64,000 bases of DNA from Sedimentisphaerales bacterium (lineage in GTDB: Bacteria; Planctomycetota; Phycisphaerae; Sedimentisphaerales; Anaerobacaceae), in NCBI GenBank assembly GCA_040772485.1, contig JAXGYC010000007.1, positions 736,001 through 800,000 on the forward strand. The letters are read 5' to 3'. Each line of letters opens with the position of its first letter. Positions within the stretch are counted from its first letter, which is position 1. The position numbers were made by a program, and so were the translations under genes. This document shows positions 1 to 8,912 of the stretch, one piece after another. The notes under the pieces were generated by a model. The model was given only the letters and a program-made list of their open reading frames with translations. It was not told where the DNA came from and searched no databases.

Positions 1-994
1 TCGCGATCCGCCGGAGATTCGCGTCGTCCCGCACGATGCTGTAGACCTTCTCCACGGCGAACGCGATGGCCGCCTGGTCGTCGGTGACATCGTCAGGCAG
101 CTCGATCGTGGCAACGTCAGGAGCCGGCAGGAAGTCGCCCGCGTCGAACTTCGGCGGCAAGCCAAAGTGCTCGCAGAGAGCCTGATAGATCATGATCAGG
201 CCGGCAATCTTGCCGTCCAGTGAGTAGCCGGCGATGTGCGGCGAGCCCAGGTCCACCTCGTCGAGCAGCCCCACATCGATGTTCGGCTCATTCTCCCAGA
301 CGTCCAGCCCGACCGCCGTCAAACGCCGCGAGTGGATCGCCGCCGCGAGGGCCTGCGAGTCCACGACCGCGCCGCGCGAGGCATTGAGGAAGACCGCCCC
401 TTGCCTGAGCCGGGAGAAGAACCGGCCGTCCGCCAGATGATGGGTCTTGTCGGGTCCTTCCCGCGTCAGCGGGGTGTGGATCGTGACGAAGTCGCAATCG
501 AACACCGCCTCGAGGGGAACATACTTCGGATCGCCCGTCCGCCTCTGGAGCGGCGGATCGTTGCGTCGCACGTGCATCCCCAGCGCCTCGCACTTGGCGG
601 CGACGCGCCCGCCGACGTTGCCGACGCCGATCACGCCGATGGACAGGCCGTCGAGCCGAATGGCGTGACGCCGGGCAATCTCGAGCAGCGCCGCGATGAC
701 GTACTCGGCCGCGGAGTTCGCGTTGGAGCCGGGCGCCGAGGCAAAGCCGATGTTGTGCGCGTGAAGGTAGTCGAGATCGACGTGATCGAAGCCGATCGTC
801 GCAGTGCCGACGAACCTCACCGAGCTGCCTGAAAGAAGGTGTTCGTCAACGCGGGTGATGCTCCGCACAAGCAGCGCATCGGCATCCGCGACCGCCTGGG
901 GCGTCATGTCACGCCCCCCCATGACCAGCACATCTCCGATGGACGAAAAACACTCTTGAACGAAAGGGATATTCCCATCTGCAACGATCTTCAT
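1..994 (-). CDS. pdxB: 4-phosphoerythronate dehydrogenase (runs off the left edge of the window)
   Basis: Read manually from ATG at 994: MKIVADGNIPFVQECFSSIGDV...ADALLVRSITRV...FVGTATIGFDHVD...ASAPGSNANSAAEYV, the PdxB N-terminal signature. Absent from the ORF track because no stop lies in the window. Confidence 0.88.
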   Translation of the reverse strand, partial: MKIVADGNIPFVQECFSSIGDVLVMGGRDMTPQAVADADALLVRSITRVDEHLLSGSSVRFVGTATIGFDHVDLDYLHAHNIGFASAPGSNANSAAEYVIAALLEIARRHAIRLDGLSIGVIGVGNVGGRVAAKCEALGMHVRRNDPPLQRRTGDPKYVPLEAVFDCDFVTIHTPLTREGPDKTHHLADGRFFSRLRQGAVFLNASRGAVVDSQALAAAIHSRRLTAVGLDVWENEPNIDVGLLDEVDLGSPHIAGYSLDGKIAGLIMIYQALCEHFGLPPKFDAGDFLPAPDVATIELPDDVTDDQAAIAFAVEKVYSIVRDDANLRRIA

Positions 995-1000
995 GGAACC

Positions 1001-2035
1001 TCAGAGCTCGAAACCTGCAATCTCCGTGCCGCACTGCGGGCACCTGGAGTTCTCAATCACATTGGCGACGATCTGGTAGCCCGCGCGTTCGATCAGCAGA
1101 CGCCCGCACTTGTAGCAGAACGTGCTCTCCGACCGCGTTCCCGGAACGTTGCCGAGGTAGACGTATCGAAGCCCGGCGTCCTTGCCGATGCGCTCGGCCC
1201 GCCGCAGGCTATCCATCGACGTGGCGTGCGCATCGACGTATTTGTACTGCGGATAGAAGCGGCTGATGTGCCACGGAACATCCGGGCCGGCCTGGTGGAC
1301 CAGGAAATCGGCGAGTTGTTTCAGTTCGTCCTCGGAATCGTTCTCGCCGGGGATCAGCAGGGTCGTGACCTCGATCCAGACAGGGGTGTGACGCGCGAGG
1401 TAGGCAATCGTGTCCAGCACCGGTTGCAGCCGGGCCTTGCACAAGCGACGGTAGTAATCGTCGCTGTAGGCCTTGAGATCGACGTTGATCGCATCGAGCC
1501 AGCCGGCAGCGAAGTCGATCGCTTCGCGCGTCATGTACCCGTTGCTGACAAAGACGTTCGCCAGGCCGTTGTCCCTGGCGAGCCGCCCGCAGTCGGCGCA
1601 CAGTTCCATGAACACGGTCGGCTCGGTGTAGGTGTAGGCGATGCTGCGGCAGCCGCTGCGGAGGGCCGCTGCGACGATCTGCTGGGCGGTCAGGGCCTGG
1701 CCGTCAATTTCGCCGCCTCCGAGCGTCGCCTGGCTGATCTGCCAGTTCTGGCAGAACTCGCACTGGAAGTTGCACCCCATCGTGGCGATGGAGTAGCTCC
1801 TCGATCCCGGCTGGAAATGGAACAGAGGCTTTTTCTCGATCGGGTCGGGATTGGCCGCACAGACCTTGTCGCAGTTGAGCGAATACAGCGTGCCGCCCAC
1901 GTTCCGGCGTACGCAGCAGTGCCCCAGCCTGCCGTCGCCAATCACGCACTGAAATGCGCACAGATGGCAGCGAACCTGGTTGTTCTCGACAGGTTCCCAC
2001 AGCACTGCTTCCTTCAGTCTGCCTTCGTTTGCCAT
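1001..2035 (-). CDS. amrS: AmmeMemoRadiSam system radical SAM enzyme
   Basis: CHLC/CCVR N-terminus, DPIEKKPLFHF, CNFQCEFCQNW (CxxxCxxC), YTYTEP, C-terminal CxxC pairs. Start taken at MANEG. Confidence 0.9.
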   Translation of the reverse strand: MANEGRLKEAVLWEPVENNQVRCHLCAFQCVIGDGRLGHCCVRRNVGGTLYSLNCDKVCAANPDPIEKKPLFHFQPGSRSYSIATMGCNFQCEFCQNWQISQATLGGGEIDGQALTAQQIVAAALRSGCRSIAYTYTEPTVFMELCADCGRLARDNGLANVFVSNGYMTREAIDFAAGWLDAINVDLKAYSDDYYRRLCKARLQPVLDTIAYLARHTPVWIEVTTLLIPGENDSEDELKQLADFLVHQAGPDVPWHISRFYPQYKYVDAHATSMDSLRRAERIGKDAGLRYVYLGNVPGTRSESTFCYKCGRLLIERAGYQIVANVIENSRCPQCGTEIAGFEL

Positions 2036-2115
2036 CGCCGAATCCGGAGAAATTGCGTCTGCCACCGGCCGACCCACTATATAGAATGCCACGGCCGAAA
2101 TCAACGGCCGCGCAG

Positions 2116-2139
2116 TAGGATGGGCTTTCGCCCATGCGG
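2116..2139. repeat. GTAG-type REP-like hairpin
   Basis: taggatgggctttcgcccatgcgg; 23/24 identical to 43890-43913; stem atgggc/gcccat. Confidence 0.6.
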
Positions 2140-2496
2140 TTTCCTACGAAAACATGGAACGAAGCAACAAGGAGCAGGAATGAGCGGTTTCGACACGAAA
2201 TCTCTGATCGACCTCGATGTGTGCGTACTCAATGCGCTGGACTTGTTTGCCGACCCCAAGACCACCTTTCCGCGTCCGAACCTGGCTCGGTTCAAGCGGC
2301 CCCTGGTCGTCGGCAGCGGCAACGCCATTGCCACCGGCAAGATCATCTTCGACGACAAGGACGCGGTGCTGGCCGACGAAGGCACGTTCAAGGACAAGCT
2401 CGACGCCATTGGCGACATCGACGGTGTCGCCCTGTTCTCGGCTTCCGGCGGCAAACACGCGCCCATCATCGCCAGAGAGGTCAAGCCCAAGGGCCT

Positions 2497-3694
2497 CTGA
2501 ATCATCCCCAGTTTAAGGTAGGGCCCAATGAAAAGGTCGACTCTTTGACGATGAGAGTTGGTGAAAGAAATCACAATGCCAACTCGATCGAAAGGAGTCG
2601 ACCATGAAACGCCAGGAGATTTCGGATTTTGTACGTTCGGTATGCTCTTGTCTTCGGCTCTCGCAGGCCAAAACCTTGAGCGTCTTGGTTCCGGCGGCGA
2701 TGATCGTGGTGCGGGCCTCGCTGGCCCAACTGGGACGGGCATTGGCGGGGCAATCGGCGCTGGCCGCCAAGCAGGGGATCAAGCGGGTCGACCGCTTTGT
2801 AGGAAACACTCGGGTCGAGCCGAGCGAAGCGATGCGGGGCGTGGTCCAGTGGCTCGCCCAACCCCGAAAAAAGCTGCTGGTGAGCCTCGATTGGGTGGAT
2901 ATCCGCCACTTTCAGTGCCTGGTCCTGGCGGCTCGTCTGCGAGGCCGGGCCTTGCCTTTGCTGTGGGCGGTGTACCGTTACGAGGAGGTCTATCGCTCGC
3001 AGAACAATCTGGAATACGGGTTGCTGCGTCTGTTTCACACCATGGTGGCCGCTTCGGTCCGGGTGACGCTTCTCGCCGATCGGGGGTTCGGTCGAACGGA
3101 GATGGCCCGCGTGTGCCAGGAACTGAAGTTCCATTACATCATCCGCATCCAGCCGTCGGTGTGGGTGAGCAGTTCGCGGTTCACCGGTCGCCTGGCGGAT
3201 TACCCGATCCATCGGGGCCAGAGACACCTGCTACGCCACGTCTCGTATCGCAAAGAGCGGCCCGTCGTGCAGGACGTGGCTGTGGTTTGGCTGCCGGATC
3301 AGTCGGAACCCTGGTATCTGATGACGGACGAAGAGCACCTTCGCGCCCAAGTCTTGTCCAAGGTCTTTGCGCGGCGGATGAGCATTGAAGAGTACTTTCG
3401 TGACGTGAAAAACAAACGCAATGGGTTTGCTCTGCGTTTGATCCAGATCAAGGATTCCCAGCGTTTGAGTCGGTTTCTGCTTATTCTGGCCTTGGCGTAT
3501 CTGCTCCTGGTGACGGTCGGCCTGTACGCCTCCGAACGATTCCGCCCCGGCCGGTGGTGCTCCAACAACCGGACGGGCGAATGCAGTCTCTTCACCATCG
3601 GCCTGTTCATGCAAACCTGCCCTCTCCCCACCTGCCAGTATCTCTTGCGCCGCTTGAAGCACGAACTCCTCGGTCAAAACTGGGGATGACTCAG
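2497..3694 (+). mobile_element. IS4-family (IS10-like) insertion sequence, copy 1, 1198 bp
   Basis: 18-bp terminal inverted repeats ctgaatcatccccagttt / aaactggggatgactcag (1 mismatch); 9-bp target duplication caagggcct at 2488-2496 and 3695-3703. Confidence 0.95.
2604..3689 (+). CDS. IS4-family DDE transposase
   Basis: 361 aa; VSLDW, LADRGF and RRMSIEEYFRDVK (IS4 Y-R-E-K-like signature). Stop codon lies inside the right inverted repeat. Confidence 0.93.
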   Translation: MKRQEISDFVRSVCSCLRLSQAKTLSVLVPAAMIVVRASLAQLGRALAGQSALAAKQGIKRVDRFVGNTRVEPSEAMRGVVQWLAQPRKKLLVSLDWVDIRHFQCLVLAARLRGRALPLLWAVYRYEEVYRSQNNLEYGLLRLFHTMVAASVRVTLLADRGFGRTEMARVCQELKFHYIIRIQPSVWVSSSRFTGRLADYPIHRGQRHLLRHVSYRKERPVVQDVAVVWLPDQSEPWYLMTDEEHLRAQVLSKVFARRMSIEEYFRDVKNKRNGFALRLIQIKDSQRLSRFLLILALAYLLLVTVGLYASERFRPGRWCSNNRTGECSLFTIGLFMQTCPLPTCQYLLRRLKHELLGQNWG

Positions 3695-4390
3695 CAAGGG
3701 CCTCTCCGTGGTCCTGTTCACCTCGAACCCATCGAGCATGGCCAAGGACCACGTCGATGAAGCCTACGTGTTCCCGAGCCTGCCCGAGCCTTACACCTAC
3801 AACACCTCCACGTACATGGGCATGATGATGGCCAGCATCGTGGACGATCCGCACGCCGAGGCCGCCAGGATCCGCAAGTATATCAAGGAGGTCATCGACC
3901 CGACGCTGGCGAAATGCGGGAAGAAGCCTGGCGATTTCGAGTCGTACTACCTGCTCGTGCCCGAGCAGTTCGAGCTGATCCGGATCATGTTCGCCACAAA
4001 GTTCGTCGAGCTGTTCGGCCGGCGGGTGGCCCGCGATGTTTTCACCTGGGAGCAGTCCAAGCACGCCACCACCGTGGTCGAGGCCCCCAACGAGCTGTTC
4101 ATCGCCTTCGGACGCAAGAACGACTCGTTCGGCAAGGACCGCCTGGACATTCCGCTGCCCGAGAATTGCAGCTACCCGGCTATCATGGCCATCGGCTACT
4201 ACGTAATCGGCAAGATCCAGGCCCAGAAGCCGGCCTGGTTCAAACAGGGGGTCGTGCCGTTCGTCGAGCGGGCCTCCGGCCTGTTCGGCCAGACGATCAA
4301 ACCTCTCGTCGAATTCAAGTAGCCCGAGAGTGGCTGTCCCGCTTCCGGCGGCCCGACCACCAGCGCGCTTGAGGTCTTGTCGTGCGCTGG

Positions 4391-5860
4391 CTATATCGTG
4401 CGCATCGGGTCCATCTGCCTGAGGAGCGTCTCGTCGGGACCGCCGCCGAATTGCCGCCAGTAGCGCTCCTTGAACGGATTGATCTTCGGACCGACGGCGT
4501 CCTCGTTGACCATGCAGGGCAGGACCTCGTCCCACCAGTGGTCGTAGGCCGCCCGCATCTTCGCGACAACGTCGGAGTGCTGGTCGATAACGTTTTTCGT
4601 CTCGCCCGGGTCGTAGACGATGTCATAGAGTTCGGCGTTGTTAACCAGCCGGAACCGCTCGTTCCGCGCGGCGCAGTCGGCATACTTGCTCTCGGCGGCC
4701 TTGCCTCGCACCCAGCGACCTTTGTGGACGAAGACGTAGCGGTCGGGCCAGTCTGCATCCGGGTTCATAAGGAGAGGCACAAGGCTGCGCCCGTCCAATT
4801 CGATGGACGGCGGGACCTTCGCTCCGGCCAGCTCGGCCAGCGTGGGAAACAGGTCGATGTGCGCCGTCAGCTTGTTCACGTCCACTCCCCTGCCGAGCGT
4901 GCCCGGCCAGCGGAAGAACGCCGGGACCCGCGTGCCGCCCTGATAGGGGCTGCCCTTCATGGATCGCATTCCAGCGTTGTACAGCCTGCCCCGCGCGTGG
5001 CCGTTGTCGGTCATGAAGATTAACAGCGTCCGCTCGCTCAGTTGCCATTCGTCGAGCTTGGCGACAAGGCGGCCGACATTGTCGTCGATATTGGTGATCA
5101 TTCCGTAATACGCCGCATCGGCCTCCCCCAGACCCGCATCGAGATAGGGCCTCTGGTGCTGCTCCGGGCATACGTAGGGGCTGTGCGGAGCGTTCGGCAC
5201 AATGTAGGCGAAGAAAGGCTCGGCCTCCTGCGACTGCTGCTGAATCCAGTCGAGCGCCCGCTCGAAAAAGACGTCGGTGCAGAAACCCCTGGTCCTGACG
5301 AACGTGCCGTTGTGCAGGATCACCGGGTCGAAGTACGTGTTGCCTGGCGCGTCGCCGCAACTGCCGGGGTAGGTCTGGCCGATCCCGCCGGCCCCGTGGA
5401 TGAAGACCTCGTCAAAGCCGCGTCTGCCGGGCTGGTACGCCTCCTCATCGCCGAGGTGCCACTTGCCGAAGATGCCGGTGGCGTAGCCCGCATCCTTGAG
5501 CACCTGGGCGATCGTGGTCGCCTCGAGACTGAGCCGCTCGCGCTCGTAGATCGTGTGCGTGACGCCGGAGCGGAACTCGTGCCGCCCGGTCATCAGTGAG
5601 GCCCGCGTCGGAGCGCACGTCGGACTGACCTGGAAGTCAGTGAATCGAACGCTCCGGGCGTGCAGCCTGTCCAGATTGGGCGTGCGGATGATCGGGTTTC
5701 CATGACAGGCCAGCTCACCGTAGCCCTGGTCATCGGTCATGACCAGGACGACGTTCGGCCTGCTTGCGGCCGGCCCCATCGTTCGGGCCCGGGTGAATCG
5801 GGGCAACAAGACCGCCAGGCCGGCGGCCTTGACAAAATCGCGTCGGGTCATCGCCTTCAT
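4391..5860 (-). CDS. Arylsulfatase (formylglycine-dependent), Tat-exported
   Basis: TRRDFVK Tat motif; PNVVLVMTDDQG; CAPTRASLMTG (CxPxR); GKWHLG. Confidence 0.92.
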   Translation of the reverse strand: MKAMTRRDFVKAAGLAVLLPRFTRARTMGPAASRPNVVLVMTDDQGYGELACHGNPIIRTPNLDRLHARSVRFTDFQVSPTCAPTRASLMTGRHEFRSGVTHTIYERERLSLEATTIAQVLKDAGYATGIFGKWHLGDEEAYQPGRRGFDEVFIHGAGGIGQTYPGSCGDAPGNTYFDPVILHNGTFVRTRGFCTDVFFERALDWIQQQSQEAEPFFAYIVPNAPHSPYVCPEQHQRPYLDAGLGEADAAYYGMITNIDDNVGRLVAKLDEWQLSERTLLIFMTDNGHARGRLYNAGMRSMKGSPYQGGTRVPAFFRWPGTLGRGVDVNKLTAHIDLFPTLAELAGAKVPPSIELDGRSLVPLLMNPDADWPDRYVFVHKGRWVRGKAAESKYADCAARNERFRLVNNAELYDIVYDPGETKNVIDQHSDVVAKMRAAYDHWWDEVLPCMVNEDAVGPKINPFKERYWRQFGGGPDETLLRQMDPMRTI

Positions 5861-5944
5861 GCCTTCTGCCTTTCTGCTCTTCGGATGCGAGCTTGTTCAC
5901 CTTACCCGACCGGGCCAATTCGGTCCAGCACGACGCCGATCGTA

Positions 5945-5974
5945 TTGACGAAGCACCGCAGGCGACGGTATGAT
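5945..5974 (+). promoter_or_regulatory. sigma70-like promoter of the ion channel gene
   Basis: TTGACG-N18-TATGAT, 9 nt upstream of the ATG at 5984. Confidence 0.55.
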
Positions 5975-5983
5975 TCGCGCGAT

Positions 5984-6793
5984 ATGGCAGTCTGGTCATA
6001 CCTGAGTGTTCGTAAACGCGTGCAGGAGATCGTGGCAATCGCCCGCCCGGGCGACACCGTCAGCCGGGTGTTCGACGTCTCGATCGTCGTGCTGATCCTG
6101 CTGAACGTCGCGGCGATGATCTTCGAATCCGTCGCTTCGGTCTGCGAGGCAATGGACGGCGCTTTCACGGCATTCGAATACGTCTCGGTGATCGTCTTCT
6201 CGCTGGAGTATCTGCTCCGAGTCTGGTCGTGCGTCGAGGACTCGCGGTACGCCCATCCGGTGTTCGGGCGACTTCGTTTCGCACGCAGTCCGCTGGCCCT
6301 GATCGATCTGCTGGCGGTGCTGCCCTTCTACCTTCCCTTCGTCAACGTCGATTTGCGGATGCTGAGAATCCTGCGCATCATGCGGATCGCGCGGCTGGCC
6401 AAGCTCGGACGCTACTCGGATTCGCTACAGACCCTCGGCCGCGTCGTCGCGACCAAGAAGGAGCAGCTCATCAGCACCGTGTTCATCCTGCTGATCCTGC
6501 TGGTCATTTCTTCGTGCCTGATGTACTACGCGGAGAACGAGGCGCAGCCGGACCGCTTCTCGAGCATCCCCATGGCCATGTGGTGGGCCGTCACCACGCT
6601 GACCACCGTCGGCTACGGAGACGTTCTTCCCGTGACCCTCATCGGCCGGCTTATGGGCGCGCTCATTGCCATCCTCGGGATCGGCATGTTCGCGCTTCCC
6701 ACCGGCATCCTCGGGGCCGGCTTCGTCGAAGAGATGGAACGCCGCAAACAGCCGCGATGCTGCCCTCACTGCGGCAAGGAACTGCCGAAATAG
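5984..6793 (+). CDS. Voltage-gated-type potassium channel (ion transporter)
   Basis: S4-like RMLRILRIMRIARLAK; selectivity filter TTVGYGD; C-terminal CPHCG. Confidence 0.9.
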   Translation: MAVWSYLSVRKRVQEIVAIARPGDTVSRVFDVSIVVLILLNVAAMIFESVASVCEAMDGAFTAFEYVSVIVFSLEYLLRVWSCVEDSRYAHPVFGRLRFARSPLALIDLLAVLPFYLPFVNVDLRMLRILRIMRIARLAKLGRYSDSLQTLGRVVATKKEQLISTVFILLILLVISSCLMYYAENEAQPDRFSSIPMAMWWAVTTLTTVGYGDVLPVTLIGRLMGALIAILGIGMFALPTGILGAGFVEEMERRKQPRCCPHCGKELPK

Positions 6794-6863
6794 GCTGGAC
6801 CAGGGCAGTCCTCGCCCTCGATTTGGCTGGACCAGGGCAGTCCTCGCCCTCGATTTGGCTGGA
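6793..6863. repeat. Perfect 32-bp tandem duplication plus partial third copy
   Basis: ggctggaccagggcagtcctcgccctcgattt at 6793-6824 and 6825-6856, then ggctgga. Confidence 0.9.
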
Positions 6864-6966
6864 ATTGGGGCAGACGAGACGATACCATCCTTGGAGCGGG
6901 CCGACGGCGGTCGGCACGGATGAATCGTTCACACACTTGCGATGGCCACAGAACCAAGGACGTTGA

Positions 6967-7881
6967 ATGCGACAGATCGGTCGGCTGGAAAGCGAGACGC
7001 AGGCAAGGCAGTTCGGGGACTTCCTCTACAGCCGACAGATCGAGAATCAGGCCGACCCGGCCTCGGACGGCGGCTGGGACATCTGGGTCCTCGATGAGTC
7101 CCGCATCGAAGAAGCGGCGGCGTTGTTCGAGCGGTTCGCCGAGCAGCCCGATGACTCGATGTTTGTCCTGGGCGCCGGACAAGGCGCCCGGCAGCGACAT
7201 CGCGACAAGCAGGAGGACGTTCCGAAGCGGGCGCGCATCCTGGACGGCCGGACCGCATTCTACAAACCTCCGATCGGCTATGGAATGCTCACCGTCACGC
7301 TGCTGGTTGCCAGCGTGGCCGTGACGTTGGCCACCAACCTCGGCCGCAACGACCGTATCGCTGCGTACCTTTCGATCACACACTACTCTGTTGACGGCGA
7401 CTACGCCAAATGGGATTCCGGCCTGCCCGAGGTTCGCCGCGGTCAGATCTGGCGGTTGTTCACCCCCATATTCGTCCACTTCGACCTGCTGCACATTTTC
7501 TTCAACATGCTCTGGCTCTGGGACCTCGGCAGCATGGTCGAGACCCGCAAGGGAACGTGGCGGCTGCTGGCGCTCGTGCTGGTCATTTCCGCGCTGTCCA
7601 ACGTCGGGCAGTACCTCTACAGCGGACCGACGTTCGGCGGCATGTCCGGCGTGGTCTACGGACTGCTCGGCTACATCTGGATGCAGGGCAAGTTCGATCC
7701 CGCCTCCAATCTTGAACTGCACCCCCAGACCGTCACGCTGATGATCGTCTGGTTCTTCCTGTGCCTGACGGGACTGCTCGGCAACATCGCCAACGTGGTC
7801 CACGCGGTCGGCGCGGTCGTGGGAATTGCCTGGGGCTTCCTGGAAGCCCGGTGGGCCGTTCGGCGGTGCCATCATCGATGA
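6967..7881 (+). CDS. glpG: Rhomboid intramembrane serine protease (GlpG-like)
   Basis: WRLFTPIFVHF, HIFFNM, GMSGVVYG (catalytic Ser), ANVVH (catalytic His); GlpG-type soluble N-domain. Confidence 0.88.
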   Translation: MRQIGRLESETQARQFGDFLYSRQIENQADPASDGGWDIWVLDESRIEEAAALFERFAEQPDDSMFVLGAGQGARQRHRDKQEDVPKRARILDGRTAFYKPPIGYGMLTVTLLVASVAVTLATNLGRNDRIAAYLSITHYSVDGDYAKWDSGLPEVRRGQIWRLFTPIFVHFDLLHIFFNMLWLWDLGSMVETRKGTWRLLALVLVISALSNVGQYLYSGPTFGGMSGVVYGLLGYIWMQGKFDPASNLELHPQTVTLMIVWFFLCLTGLLGNIANVVHAVGAVVGIAWGFLEARWAVRRCHHR

Positions 7882-7893
7882 AAGGACTATCGC

Positions 7894-8892
7894 ATGAGGA
7901 ACAGAATTCTCGTCGGTTTGTATTTTGCGTTTCTGGTCTGCGGCCTGTGCCACGCCGACAGCGGGCAAACGTTCGACCTGGGCAACGCTCCCGCCCCGCT
8001 GTTCAGTGATCCGATCTGGGATGGGGCCGCCGATCCTGCCCCCGTCTGGAACCAGCAGGCGGGCGAATGGTGGGTCTACTACACCCAGCGACGCGCGACC
8101 CTCCAGCCGAACGAGGGCGTCGAGTTCTGCCACGGCTCGGCCATCGGCATCGCCGCGTCGAAGGATGGGCGGCAGTGGCGCTACCTGGGCACGTGCCAGG
8201 GCGACCAGGGCCTTGGCGATCCCATCGCCAACAACTGTAGCTGGTGGGCGCCGGGCATCCTCTTCCACGAGGGCCTGTACCACATGTACGTCTCCTGGGT
8301 GGACGGCGTTTACAAGGATTGGATCGGCAAGCGGTTCATCAAGCACTTCACCAGCGCCGACGGCAGGACCTGGACGTATCAGTCCACGCTCGACCTGTCG
8401 TCAGACCGGTGCATCGACGCCTGCGTCTATCGGGCAGGCGGCAAGTGGTGCATGCTCTACAAGGACGAGGTCCACGGGTCGCGCTCCTACCTCGCACAGA
8501 GCAACGACCTCTATCGCTGGGCGGTCGTGGGACCGACAGTCACCGACGTCAGCCACGAAGCGCCGTTCGTCTGGCAGTGGCAGAATGCCTACTGGCTGGT
8601 CGTGGACGCAGGGCAGCGCGGCATACGGGCCTATCGCTCGCAGGACGGCCTGGCCGACTGGCAGTTCAACAATGGGCTGCTCTTCGAGCCGGGCAAGCGC
8701 GTCAAGGACGATGCCAAGGGAGGCCATCCCGGCGTGATCCTGCTCGACGACCGGCCCATCATCCTCTACCACGTGCATTACCCGCCGGCCCATCCGCTCT
8801 ATCGCACCAACCGCACCGTCCTCCAGGCGGCCGAACTCGAATACCACGACGACAAGATCACCTGCAACCGCGACAAATACGCCAGGTTTTAA
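7894..8892 (+). CDS. Secreted five-bladed beta-propeller glycoside hydrolase (GH43-like)
   Basis: Signal peptide; AADP, WAP, CIDAC and HEAP propeller motifs. Confidence 0.7.
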   Translation: MRNRILVGLYFAFLVCGLCHADSGQTFDLGNAPAPLFSDPIWDGAADPAPVWNQQAGEWWVYYTQRRATLQPNEGVEFCHGSAIGIAASKDGRQWRYLGTCQGDQGLGDPIANNCSWWAPGILFHEGLYHMYVSWVDGVYKDWIGKRFIKHFTSADGRTWTYQSTLDLSSDRCIDACVYRAGGKWCMLYKDEVHGSRSYLAQSNDLYRWAVVGPTVTDVSHEAPFVWQWQNAYWLVVDAGQRGIRAYRSQDGLADWQFNNGLLFEPGKRVKDDAKGGHPGVILLDDRPIILYHVHYPPAHPLYRTNRTVLQAAELEYHDDKITCNRDKYARF

Positions 8893-8912
8893 GCGCAGGG
8901 AATGCCAACCGA

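Larger units (their letters stand above)
2180..4322 (+). pseudogene. Uncharacterised SIS (sugar-isomerase)-like protein split by an IS insertion
   Basis: ATG 2180 with AAGGAG RBS. Removing the IS plus one target copy rejoins ...EVKPKGL|SVVLFTSNP... in frame (311 aa). Motifs LVVGSGNA and FSASGGKH resemble SIS phosphosugar-binding loops (inference). Confidence 0.8.

Noticed and set aside
839..2179. N-terminal ~447 aa of the 553-aa ORF 839-2500
   Set aside because: Antisense shadow of amrS and pdxB; the real gene starts at ATG 2180 behind an RBS.
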